DNA from: Blastocatellia bacterium
Lineage (GTDB): Bacteria; Acidobacteriota; Blastocatellia; Pyrinomonadales; Pyrinomonadaceae
Direction: 5' to 3'
Assembly (NCBI GenBank): GCA_016789145.1
Contig: JAEUQI010000003.1
Span: 5,206 to 69,205 of the forward strand
Length of the DNA stretch: 64,000 nucleotides
Part shown: positions 36,367 through 45,221 of the stretch, piece by piece
How the letters are laid out: each line of letters opens with the position of its first letter
Position numbering within the stretch: position 1 is the first letter of the stretch
Translations under genes and position numbers: made by a program
Notes under the pieces: model-generated
The model's input: the letters and a program-made list of their open reading frames with translations, nothing else
Database searches by the model: none
Told to the model about the DNA's origin: nothing

Positions 36367-36426
36367 AAGTTTTTTCCGTTAGTTACGCAAAAGTTGCGCT
36401 AAGGTCGCGTCTATCTAACGGAGGTA

Positions 36427-36855
36427 ATGTCAGTGATGAAAGAGTTCGAAAAGATCGCAAAAGTAAACGACAGATTTCAAGCAATCGTGGCTGAATTTCT
36501 GATCGCGGACGATTCGGACATCTCCGGCAGCCTCCATCATCTTGATAACGATACGCTGGCGGCGTTTACCGAAGGTTCAATGTCCCAACGTGAGGCTCGC
36601 CCTGTTGTCGCCCACCTCGCCGCATGCGGTCATTGCCGCAATATTACGGTCGAGTTGGTTCGAACCGAAATGGCTATGGCAGGCGAAGACCGTAATGAAC
36701 CGGTGACGGAATCAACCCCGGCGACGATCTCGTCGGTGCTGAGTGGAATAGTCTCTCGCCTCTTCGAACGGAGTGACGCGGCAGTTTTTGCCCACGGCGA
36801 GAAAGAAGAAGAAGCCGACGAAGACAAGACAAAAGAGAGCGACAAGGAAGACTAA
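36427..36855 (+). CDS. Putative zinc-binding (ZAS, HxxxCxxC) anti-sigma factor, soluble, with an acidic tail
   Basis: It has 'VAHLAACGHCRN', no TM helix, and the C-terminus 'EKEEEADEDKTKESDKED'. GGAGGT lies just upstream. Confidence 0.65.
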   Translation: MSVMKEFEKIAKVNDRFQAIVAEFLIADDSDISGSLHHLDNDTLAAFTEGSMSQREARPVVAHLAACGHCRNITVELVRTEMAMAGEDRNEPVTESTPATISSVLSGIVSRLFERSDAAVFAHGEKEEEADEDKTKESDKED

Positions 36856-36879
36856 GTCTCCTTTTTGCAACAATTGCAG

Positions 36880-36916
36880 GCAACCGTACAGCATAGTCCC
36901 GTACGGTTGCTTTTTT
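36880..36916 (+). terminator. Rho-independent terminator after the anti-sigma gene
   Basis: A 10-bp perfect stem pairs GCAACCGTAC (36880..36889) with GTACGGTTGC (36901..36910). It is followed by TTTTTT. Confidence 0.8.
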
Positions 36917-37039
36917 GCATTGCCGAATCTATCCAGACACCGTCAACGAATATATGGAATTTAGGTTACACAAGAGATATACTTTTAGAAACACATGTTG
37001 GTCAACGCAAAGCCCTTAGTGGAAAACAGTTGTTGTGAA

Positions 37040-37642
37040 ATGGTAGGCTCGGATCGGACGGTCGAGCGAGTTGCCGAAGCAAATCTTCCTACGGAATATG
37101 GCGATTTTCGCATCGCCGGTTACCGTTCTACGATCAGCGACGAAGAATTCGTCGTCCTATACAAAGGCACACTCGACGCCGAAACTCCTACGCTAGTTCG
37201 AATTCATTCTCAGTGTCTTACAGGCGATGTTTTCGGTTCGATCAAGTGCGATTGCGGCCCACAGCTTCACCGGGCAATTTGGATGATCGAAGAATCCGGA
37301 CGCGGAGCGATAGTCTATCAGCAGCAAGAAGGCCGAGGTATCGGCATCCTAAACAAAATTAGAGCTTACGCCCTACAAGACGAAGGTGCCGACACCGTGG
37401 AGGCAAACGAACGCCTTGGTTTCGCCGTTGACAGTCGAGACTATCGGCAGTGTGCCGAGATACTTTTCGATTTGGGTCTGTGCAAAGTTCGTGTAATATC
37501 AAACAATCCGGACAAGCTTAAGGCCCTCGAGGATGCAGGCCTTCGCGTCGTCGAACGGATCCCGATCGAGGTTGCCGCTGAGGCTCCGGCAGCACACTAT
37601 TTGAAGACAAAGAAAGAAAAGATGGGTCACCTCATTAAGTGA
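37040..37642 (+). CDS. ribA: GTP cyclohydrolase II (stand-alone, not fused to RibB)
   Basis: It has '[23 protein letters not shown]' and '[17 protein letters not shown]'. The start is placed at the internal Met ([11 protein letters not shown]), giving 200 aa; the ORF extends to 36995. Confidence 0.88.
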   Translation: MVGSDRTVERVAEANLPTEYGDFRIAGYRSTISDEEFVVLYKGTLDAETPTLVRIHSQCLTGDVFGSIKCDCGPQLHRAIWMIEESGRGAIVYQQQEGRGIGILNKIRAYALQDEGADTVEANERLGFAVDSRDYRQCAEILFDLGLCKVRVISNNPDKLKALEDAGLRVVERIPIEVAAEAPAAHYLKTKKEKMGHLIK

Positions 37643-37654
37643 CGGAGGTTATTT

Positions 37655-38659
37655 ATGAACAAAAAAAGCCACATTGTAGTCTGGGCGGTCACCCTCCTAC
37701 TTTTTGCAGGGGTTAGCGAATCAATTGCACAATCGTCAGGCCTAATGCAGGTGGGCCTCAACCGCATTGAGGGTCGAATAACTGGAGAAGCGAATACCGG
37801 CGTAAATGCCTATGTTGAGCTCTATGATAATCTCGGAACTTTGGTCAATCGTCAGCGAGCCGTCGGGCAGGGTAGATTTAGCTTCAGGGGCATGCCGTAT
37901 GGGCGATATACCATAGCGGTCAAGCCGTAGGGCTCAAATTATCTTGAAGATTCTCAAGAGATAGAGATCAACAATCAAGCGGGTCGCGGTGAAACAAAGT
38001 TTGTTGAATTTCGATTGAGAATCGACAAACGCTTTCGTACTGAAGTGCCCGGCGTGCTAGGAACTGTGTACGCTCAAGAGGTGCCGGATAATGCCAAAAA
38101 GTTGTACGAAGATGCACTTGATAAGATCATAAGTGATCCGGAAAAGGCGAAAGTTAGCTTAGAGGCTGCCATAAAAGCGTTTCCACAGTACTTCAATGCT
38201 CTCGCAGTCTTGGGCAAGACTCTTGTGGTCACCGGCAAATATCAGGAAGGCTATCCGTATCTGCTCAAGGCTCTTGATGTTAATGCGAAATGCTCTGATT
38301 GTCTCTACAGTCTTGCGATCGCTTTTTACAAAATGGACGAACTCCCGGCAGCCAACAAGGCGATCTCAGAAGCCTCGAAGCAACAGCCACAGGTAAGTGC
38401 TATTCATTTGCTATACGGGATAATTCTCCGACTGCAAAAAGACCTACCCAATGCGGAAAAACAACTGTTGTTGGCAAAGACATTAGCGAAGACACCAAAC
38501 CCTGAGATCCATTATCAATTGTCATTCGTTTACAATCGACAGGGCCGAAATGATGAGGCCGCTAATGAACTTGAAGCCTATCTAAAGCATAGTGAGGACT
38601 TGAGTAAGGAAGAAAAGGAGAGTACGAAGAAATTGATCGAACGATTAAGGAAAAAGTGA
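37655..38659 (+). pseudogene. Secreted CarboxypepD_reg-like plus TPR protein interrupted by a single in-frame TAG (37928..37930)
   Basis: The listed ORFs 37655..37930 and 38015..38659 share one frame. The 84 nt between them has no other stop. The beta-sandwich sequence runs across the stop ('GRYTIAVKP*GSNYLEDSQEIEINN...FVEFRL'). The downstream part has no SD or ATG start of its own. Confidence 0.6.
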
Positions 38660-38918
38660 ACATCGATCTTCGTGAACGCTAAAAATCCAATAATCTGAAC
38701 AATGTCCGAGTCGTCGTACGATTCGGCGCTTGCGAGCCGTTCTTTAGGCGCCTACCAAGCCCGCTAACCCAGTATTCTACAACAGCTTACGTGTAGATGG
38801 GAGATGCGGGCTTCTTGGCTTTCAAATTGCATACATTAAGGTAGCAGAAGTACTACGCATACATAGAATTCTGTTCTAGTAGAGAGTTTTCTCTAATCTT
38901 CTTAAGGAGAATGATTAA

Positions 38919-41900
38919 ATGACTAAAATGTTAAAATTGATTGTTTCGATCCTCTCCGTGTTTGCTTTGACCAGCGCTATCGCTTTTGGTCAGGGCACCG
39001 CGGGTGCGGTCGAGGGAACGGTCAAGGATCAATCGGGCGCAGTTGTCCCGGGAGCATCAGTCTCGATCACCGGTTTGACTGCCGGTTTCAATCAGACGAC
39101 TACCTCCAATGACAGCGGTGTTTTCCGTTTTGAACGCGTTCCCGGTGGTCGTTACAAGATCACGGTTGCCGCTATCAGCGGCTTCGTAGAAAAATCAGCA
39201 GAAGTACTCGTACTTGCTGAAAAGACAACAACTTCCGAGATCGTCATGGGCACATCAGTTGCTGCTGACGTTATCGTTACGGCCGACCCGCTGGGCGTGG
39301 TCGTTGACTCGACAGACAGTAAGGCAAGTACGACAGTTACTGCTGAATTGGCTGATCGTCTGCCTCTCGGAACCAGCTTCAGCTCGATCCTTAAGCTTTC
39401 ACCCGGAACCCGTGGTGAAGCTTTGACGGGCGGCTTTACGGTTGACGGTGCTTCGAAGGCTGAAAACTCGTTCGTACTTGATGGCCAGGAAGTTACCAGC
39501 TATCGCTATGGTACGCTCGACAGCGTCCAGAACGTTCCAACCGCTCTTATCAAAGAAGTTTCAGTCAAGACCGGTGGTTTTGAAGCTGAATTCGGTGGTG
39601 CTAGCGGCGGCGTGATCTCGGTTCTGACCAAGTCAGGCACCAACGAGCTTCACGGTGAATTTGGCTCGCAGTTTACGACTTCGAAACTGCAGCCGAATCC
39701 GCGTTTTGTAACACAAAACTATGCACCAGTAACGGGTGTTAATGGCATCTATCCGGATTACCAGCGTTTCTACGCGATCCAGGCACCTAAGACGAATTCA
39801 TTGGCTTTCGAGCCAACGGCATCGATGGGCGGCCGCATCGTTAAGGATCACCTTTGGTTCTACGGTATCTATGCTCCGCAGCGTTATTCGTCGACACGTA
39901 CTACCAAGTACTACAACGCTTTCACTGCTGCAAGCGGTCCGGTTTTGACCCCTGCAAATGGTGCTGCATTCCAAGACGAGATCTACACTGCTGAAGAGCG
40001 TTATGAATACGCTCAGGGCCGTTTGGACTACTCGCTCTTTAACAAACTCAACGGTTTCAGCTCATTCTTGTGGAACCCGCGTGTCATCGAGGGCATCCTC
40101 AATGGCTCGATCGTAACCGGCGGTTCGGGAACCCCGACCCAGCAAGGTTATTCGCAGACAGGCCCAAGCCTCTATCGCTTGAAGGGTGGACGTGAAAACG
40201 CAAACCTCTTCACGACTCAGGCAACCTATTTGCTGCTAAGCAACGTAGCTATCACGGGTCGTTATGGCCGTGGCTACCAAAACAGCAAGCCATCGGCATA
40301 TGCTGCTTTCTTTGACACCAACTTCCGCTGCCGCGGCAGCTCGTCGTCGGTGTTTTACACCAGCGGTCAGACTGGCTGTCCGTCGGGCTTCAACACATCG
40401 AACACCGGTAACGGTGGCGTCGAGTTCGAAGTTTCCAAGCGTGACACCTTCAACGTTGATGCTCAATGGCTATTCAAGGCCGGCGGCAGCCACATTCTGA
40501 AGGGTGGTTATGAGCGTGCGAAGCTTTTCGCTTCAATGCGCGGTTCGACAGCTACGGTTAACACCAACGGTCGTGTAACCCTTAACTACAACTCGAATCC
40601 GTCTGCACTTGGCGGTCTCATTACGTGTAACTACGTTGTGGTGAACCCTGCTCCGACAGACTGTATCGGTTGGGGCGAGCTTGTGCGGTTTGGTGAGAAC
40701 GGTACGGCAAGCAACTTGGCACAGGCTGTTTACATCCAGGACAAGTGGACGTATAAGCGTTTGACCTTGAACCTTGGTGTACGAGCTGAGAGCGAAAATC
40801 TACCTGCATTCAACACTGGTGCAGGCAGCCAAGCTATCCCAATTGAGATCCCTTGGAGCAAGAAGATCGCTCCGCGTCTCGGTGCTGCTTTCGATCTTTT
40901 CGGAAATGGCAAGAGCCGTATCTACGGTAGCTGGGGTGATTTTAGCGACCGTATGAAGTTTGAACTTCCTATCGGTTCGTTTGGTGGTGCGATCTATCAG
41001 GTCGATTACTTCCCGATCCGTGCAGCTAACGTCAACTACACGTACTACACACCAGCTCGAATTCTTGGTAACTGGAACCCGCAAACCATCGGTGGCGGTA
41101 ACCCGTCGACCCAGGGTGGCCTGAGCCAGTACCAGACCGATTTCCGTATTCCGTCGAACCTGCCAGCTAGCGTCTATCAGAATCTAGTTGGTGTGCCGCT
41201 CGTCGGTGTCGATCCTGACCTCAAGCCTTTCCGTCAACGTGAGATCACAGTTGGTTTTGAAACCGAACTGTATGGACCTTTTGTTCTAAACTCGCGTTTC
41301 ACGCAGAAGAAGCTTATCAACGGTGTCGAGGATATCGGCTACATTGATAACGGAAACAACGAGTACTACACGATCGGTAACCCGGGACAGGGCGTTGCTC
41401 TTCAGCAACGTATTGCTCTTGGTTACAGCAAGCAGACAAAGGCTCGTCGCGATTACAATGCATTCGAGATCGGTCTTACCAAGCGTTTCACGAACAACTA
41501 CTACTTCAACGTTAACTATACCTATAGCCGTTTGAAGGGTAACTACTCGGGTCTCGCAGCGTCTGACTACTTCGATGGCGGTGCTCTTGACGGCTCGGCA
41601 GCTACACGTTCGTCGCCAGGCGTTAACCGTTTCTTTGACTGGGCTATCAATGGTTTCACCGCTCAGGGAACGGAAGACTATGGCTTCCTCGCAACAGATC
41701 GTCCGCATGTCTTTAAGGCATACGGTGGTTACAACTTTGACTGGTGGGGCAGCAAGTCGAATTCGACCGAATTCACTTTCTTCACCACCGCGCAGAGCGG
41801 ATCACCGCAGACGACCGCTGTTGAGATCATCCAAACGTTCATCGTTTGGAAAGAGCGTGGAGACATGGGTCGCACACCTTGGTTGACCTCGACCGATCTT

Positions 41901-42245
41901 GGTATTACGCACACGTACAAGTTTGGACGTGACAGCAAGTACAAGATCATGTTCGACATCACGGCACTCAATGCATTTAACGAAAACAACGTTACTGCAT
42001 TGAATCCGTCGCGTTGGTTTGACTTCATCGTTGATGCTGCAGATATCACCTATACGGTGAACCCTGCACATCCGGCTGCTTTCCGTGACAACGTTGGCCT
42101 CCAGAATGCTATCCTCAACGGAACCGCATTCTCGCAGATCAATGCTGCTCTCGAGCGTCCGCTCAACATGAACAAACTTTACGGTGCTCCGAGTGCTTAT
42201 CAAGCTGCTCGTAACATCCGTTTCGGTTTCCGATTTGTTTTCTAA
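38919..42245 (+). CDS. TonB-dependent outer-membrane receptor with an N-terminal carboxypeptidase-regulatory-like domain
   Basis: It has a signal peptide, 'GAVEGTVKDQSGAVVPGASVSITG...GGRYKITV', a plug region ('SFVLDGQE') and a long beta-barrel ending in the C-terminal 'RFGFRFVF'. Confidence 0.88.
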   Translation: MTKMLKLIVSILSVFALTSAIAFGQGTAGAVEGTVKDQSGAVVPGASVSITGLTAGFNQTTTSNDSGVFRFERVPGGRYKITVAAISGFVEKSAEVLVLAEKTTTSEIVMGTSVAADVIVTADPLGVVVDSTDSKASTTVTAELADRLPLGTSFSSILKLSPGTRGEALTGGFTVDGASKAENSFVLDGQEVTSYRYGTLDSVQNVPTALIKEVSVKTGGFEAEFGGASGGVISVLTKSGTNELHGEFGSQFTTSKLQPNPRFVTQNYAPVTGVNGIYPDYQRFYAIQAPKTNSLAFEPTASMGGRIVKDHLWFYGIYAPQRYSSTRTTKYYNAFTAASGPVLTPANGAAFQDEIYTAEERYEYAQGRLDYSLFNKLNGFSSFLWNPRVIEGILNGSIVTGGSGTPTQQGYSQTGPSLYRLKGGRENANLFTTQATYLLLSNVAITGRYGRGYQNSKPSAYAAFFDTNFRCRGSSSSVFYTSGQTGCPSGFNTSNTGNGGVEFEVSKRDTFNVDAQWLFKAGGSHILKGGYERAKLFASMRGSTATVNTNGRVTLNYNSNPSALGGLITCNYVVVNPAPTDCIGWGELVRFGENGTASNLAQAVYIQDKWTYKRLTLNLGVRAESENLPAFNTGAGSQAIPIEIPWSKKIAPRLGAAFDLFGNGKSRIYGSWGDFSDRMKFELPIGSFGGAIYQVDYFPIRAANVNYTYYTPARILGNWNPQTIGGGNPSTQGGLSQYQTDFRIPSNLPASVYQNLVGVPLVGVDPDLKPFRQREITVGFETELYGPFVLNSRFTQKKLINGVEDIGYIDNGNNEYYTIGNPGQGVALQQRIALGYSKQTKARRDYNAFEIGLTKRFTNNYYFNVNYTYSRLKGNYSGLAASDYFDGGALDGSAATRSSPGVNRFFDWAINGFTAQGTEDYGFLATDRPHVFKAYGGYNFDWWGSKSNSTEFTFFTTAQSGSPQTTAVEIIQTFIVWKERGDMGRTPWLTSTDLGITHTYKFGRDSKYKIMFDITALNAFNENNVTALNPSRWFDFIVDAADITYTVNPAHPAAFRDNVGLQNAILNGTAFSQINAALERPLNMNKLYGAPSAYQAARNIRFGFRFVF

Positions 42246-42271
42246 ACTTCGCCTTTCTAGGCAATTACGGG

Positions 42272-42300
42272 GGCCGTCCTTTGGGGCGGCCTCTTTTTTT
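42272..42300 (+). terminator. Rho-independent terminator after the TonB-dependent receptor
   Basis: An 8-bp stem with one G.U pair joins GGCCGTCC (42272..42279) and GGGCGGCC (42284..42291) around a TTTG loop. It is followed by TCTTTTTTT. Confidence 0.8.
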
Positions 42301-42334
42301 GTCTTGTAATCGGTTAAACTAATCGATAAGCACG

Positions 42335-43615
42335 ATGGCTAGGAATTACCGCGACGCTGTTCACAATATTATACGGATCGAGACTGATCGACCGGTTGGC
42401 AGGCTATTGGTCGACCTCGTCGATACTCGCGAGTTTCAGCGCTTGCGTCGGATCCGCCAACTTGGCCTTGCTTATTTTGCGTATCAAGGTGCCGAACACT
42501 CACGTTTCACTCATTCGCTGGGCGCTCAGCATCTCGCGACGCGGATGCTCGATCGTCTTCGTACCAAATACCACATAAGTGATGAGGACTATACGGCCGT
42601 TCGGGTTGCGGCTTTGTTGCACGACGTTGGGCATGGACCATTTTCGCATGTGATCGAGTCGATCCTTGGGTTCCACCACGAGCGATTTTCGATCGAAGCG
42701 ATCATGAGCGAAGACACCGAGATCGGGCAAGTGCTCAACTCGCATTCCGATTCGATGGCCTCTGACGTTGCGGCTATCATTCGCGGTGATTTCAGGCGTG
42801 TTGCATTGGCACAACTCGTTTCTTCGCAGCTGGATGTCGACCGAATGGATTATCTACTGCGAGACAGTTTGATGACAGGTGCGAAGTACGGCATCTATGA
42901 CCTTGAATGGATAATCAAGTCGGTCGAAATAAACGAGGCGGACGACCATCTTTACGTCTCAGCTCCGGGAATCTTCGCCGTCGAAGATTACTTACAAGCT
43001 CGTTATTATATGTTTCGGCAGGTCTATTTTCACCGAACACTTCGCAGCGCCGAGGCGGTTCTCAAATCATTGCTAAGGCGAGCGATCGATGTCAATAGTT
43101 CTGGCGGTGATGTCTGGCACCGATCTGAAACGCCGTTTGGCAAGGTTCTGCGGAACGAAACTCTTGACCTCGGCGAACATCTTTCGCTTGATGATGCCGA
43201 TTTCTTGTTCTATATCAAGGAGTGGCGAAGTTCGACCGACAGGATACTCGCAGATCTTTCGTCGCGTTTTTTGGATCGACGTCTTTTCAAGGCGTTCGAT
43301 CTGGATATGCCGGCACAAGAACGTTCAGCATTCATTAGCTCAGCCCGGCAAATTGTCGCCAATCGAGGTCTCGACCCGGAGTATTACGTCGTCGAAGATG
43401 CGATGAACGACGGGAGCAATTATTTTTATACCAGAGACAAAGGCAAGCAAAAGGACCTGATATACGTCGAACACGGATTTTCTCGTCCCGAGATTCGCGA
43501 GATCTCGGAGGTCAGTGCGGCCGTTCGTGGTCTGCAAGAAGGCTATTCGTTGCACCGCCTATGTTTTCCCGCAGAATTAAAGGATGAGATCGGTAAGCTA
43601 TACCATAGTATTTAG
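42335..43615 (+). CDS. HD-domain phosphohydrolase (COG1078 / dNTP-triphosphohydrolase-like)
   Basis: It has 'HSRFTHSLG', 'LLHDVGHGPFSH' and 'DVDRMDYLLRDS'. Confidence 0.8.
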   Translation: MARNYRDAVHNIIRIETDRPVGRLLVDLVDTREFQRLRRIRQLGLAYFAYQGAEHSRFTHSLGAQHLATRMLDRLRTKYHISDEDYTAVRVAALLHDVGHGPFSHVIESILGFHHERFSIEAIMSEDTEIGQVLNSHSDSMASDVAAIIRGDFRRVALAQLVSSQLDVDRMDYLLRDSLMTGAKYGIYDLEWIIKSVEINEADDHLYVSAPGIFAVEDYLQARYYMFRQVYFHRTLRSAEAVLKSLLRRAIDVNSSGGDVWHRSETPFGKVLRNETLDLGEHLSLDDADFLFYIKEWRSSTDRILADLSSRFLDRRLFKAFDLDMPAQERSAFISSARQIVANRGLDPEYYVVEDAMNDGSNYFYTRDKGKQKDLIYVEHGFSRPEIREISEVSAAVRGLQEGYSLHRLCFPAELKDEIGKLYHSI

Positions 43616-44420
43616 TACGCTGTTGATCGTCGTGCTTTGTTCCGCCTCGGGGGCCCAAAGACTAGCGTTTGCGTGGGAGAAGAATGACATTTGCGACAAG
43701 TTTGTCGCCGCACTCGCCGCTCATGAAACGTCGACGATCAAGTTGATCGATACCGATCTGAGCCAAACTGCTATTAGATCCGCTCTGGGGAATAAGCTAT
43801 ACAATTTACTTGCTGAACAAGGCATCCTCGCCGCAAATGTTGCAGGCAGTGACTTTATTATGTTTGTACGGGCCGAAGCATTACGACGCACTTCGTTCGA
43901 ACTCGGCGATCACTACGAAGCTTGGGCAGCCATTTTCTTAGTAGACGGGCGTACCGGCACGCTAGTCTCGCATCAACTGAAAAGCGGTAAAGGCAGTACC
44001 GAGAAAAAAGCAATAGACAACCTGCTGAGTCTTACATCGGACACAATGAAGGAAGTGTCTGCGGTCGCGATAAAAAGCAACCGCCCTACCCGCATGAACA
44101 CCGGCAATATCCAATCCGTCCCGGATAAAGGTTCTAGGGAATCCGCTGGCTTCGTTGCTCCCGCTCCATACAGCCGCATCAAGCCGGAGTATACACAAAC
44201 CGCATATCTTTACAGCGTCACGGCAACGGTCGAGATAGAGATCGAGTTAGACGAAACTGGCAAGATCACACAGACGCAGATCGTGCGATGGGCAGGCTTC
44301 GGTCTAGACGAATCCGTCGAGCGTGCGGTTCGAGCAATGAACTGGCGGCCGGCTTACTTCGGCAAGACGCCACAGCCGATACGATTTGTGGCACAATATA
44401 ATTTTAGAAAACCTCAATAG
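43584..44420 (+). CDS. Secreted/anchored protein with a TonB C-terminal-like domain
   Basis: It has an N-terminal hydrophobic signal. The C-terminus 'KPEYTQTAY...ATVEIEIELDETGKIT...VRAMNWRPAYF' resembles the TonB_C fold. The listed start overlaps the HD gene by 32 nt. Confidence 0.6.
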   Translation: MRSVSYTIVFSTLLIVVLCSASGAQRLAFAWEKNDICDKFVAALAAHETSTIKLIDTDLSQTAIRSALGNKLYNLLAEQGILAANVAGSDFIMFVRAEALRRTSFELGDHYEAWAAIFLVDGRTGTLVSHQLKSGKGSTEKKAIDNLLSLTSDTMKEVSAVAIKSNRPTRMNTGNIQSVPDKGSRESAGFVAPAPYSRIKPEYTQTAYLYSVTATVEIEIELDETGKITQTQIVRWAGFGLDESVERAVRAMNWRPAYFGKTPQPIRFVAQYNFRKPQ

Positions 44421-45167
44421 ATGCGTACCCTCCGTGCCAGTTTCAGATTTACTCGTTTTTTTATAGGAACACTAGCGATCTGGGGCTGGTGGTTGGTGTT
44501 AAGCCCTTTCAAGCAGAATAGGATAGGGTGGCGGCAAATAACGTTCGGGCGTTGGACGAAGAGCTTTGTTAAGCTCTCAAAAATGCATATCGAGGTCACT
44601 GGGACAATACCGACGCCACCCTTCTTTCTCGTTACAAATCACCTCAGCTATACAGACATAGCGGCGTTACGCGCGGTTGTCGGGTGCGTTTTCGTTGCAA
44701 AGGCCGAGATCGAATCGTGGCCGCTGGCTGGACGTATTGTTCGTGATATGGGAACTATCTTTATCGATCGGCAGAACCGACGCGACATTCCGCGTGCCGG
44801 CGAACTAATTATTGAACGCCTCGATGCCGGCGAAGGCGTTGTAGTGTTTCCCGAGGGCACGAGTACCAAGGGTGAAGAGGTGCTACCGTTCAATTCGTCG
44901 TTTCTCGAGTTTGCCGCTGCGAAAAATATTCCCGTTTCGTACGCATCCTTAAGCTATCGAACGCCGTCGGGCGAACTCGACGCGAATCTCGCCGTCTGCT
45001 GGTGGGAAGACATCGGATTTTTCCCGCACATGTGGCGGCTGTTTCATCAGCGTGAGTACACCGCGATCATCAATTTTGGCGATAAACCTATCGCAAATCC
45101 GGATCGAAAGCTTTTAGCTCGCGAGTTACGAGATCGCGTAGATAAGCTATTTGAGCCCGTGCCTTAA
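44421..45167 (+). CDS. plsC: 1-acyl-sn-glycerol-3-phosphate acyltransferase family protein
   Basis: It has the HX4D motif 'NHLSYTDI' and 'VVFPEGTS'. The ATG directly follows the previous stop. Confidence 0.8.
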   Translation: MRTLRASFRFTRFFIGTLAIWGWWLVLSPFKQNRIGWRQITFGRWTKSFVKLSKMHIEVTGTIPTPPFFLVTNHLSYTDIAALRAVVGCVFVAKAEIESWPLAGRIVRDMGTIFIDRQNRRDIPRAGELIIERLDAGEGVVVFPEGTSTKGEEVLPFNSSFLEFAAAKNIPVSYASLSYRTPSGELDANLAVCWWEDIGFFPHMWRLFHQREYTAIINFGDKPIANPDRKLLARELRDRVDKLFEPVP

Positions 45168-45221
45168 CCTTTTTCGGGCAAAAAGCGTAGAATAGCCAGC
45201 AAGTTCTTTGGAGAAAAATTT

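Noticed and set aside
36917-37039. I looked for an FMN (RFN) riboswitch upstream of ribA.
   Set aside because: None of the conserved RFN segments (e.g. AGGATAGTGAAAGGGAAC or CCGACAGT-type) are visible in the 120-nt upstream region.
38660-38918. I considered a riboswitch (cobalamin or TPP type) in the 259-bp leader of the TonB-dependent receptor. The leader has an 8-bp long-range stem, AAGCCCGC...GCGGGCTT, with a nested CTACA/TGTAG hairpin.
   Set aside because: I could not find a B12 box, the TPP 'CTGAGA' element or other known riboswitch cores. The structure alone is insufficient, and a covariance-model scan would be needed.
42335-43615. I considered the HD-domain dNTPase-like protein as an anti-phage dNTP-depletion defence gene.
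   Set aside because: It belongs by motif to the widespread COG1078-type HD hydrolases. It is flanked by housekeeping-type genes (TonB-like, plsC) with no other defence or mobile signatures.
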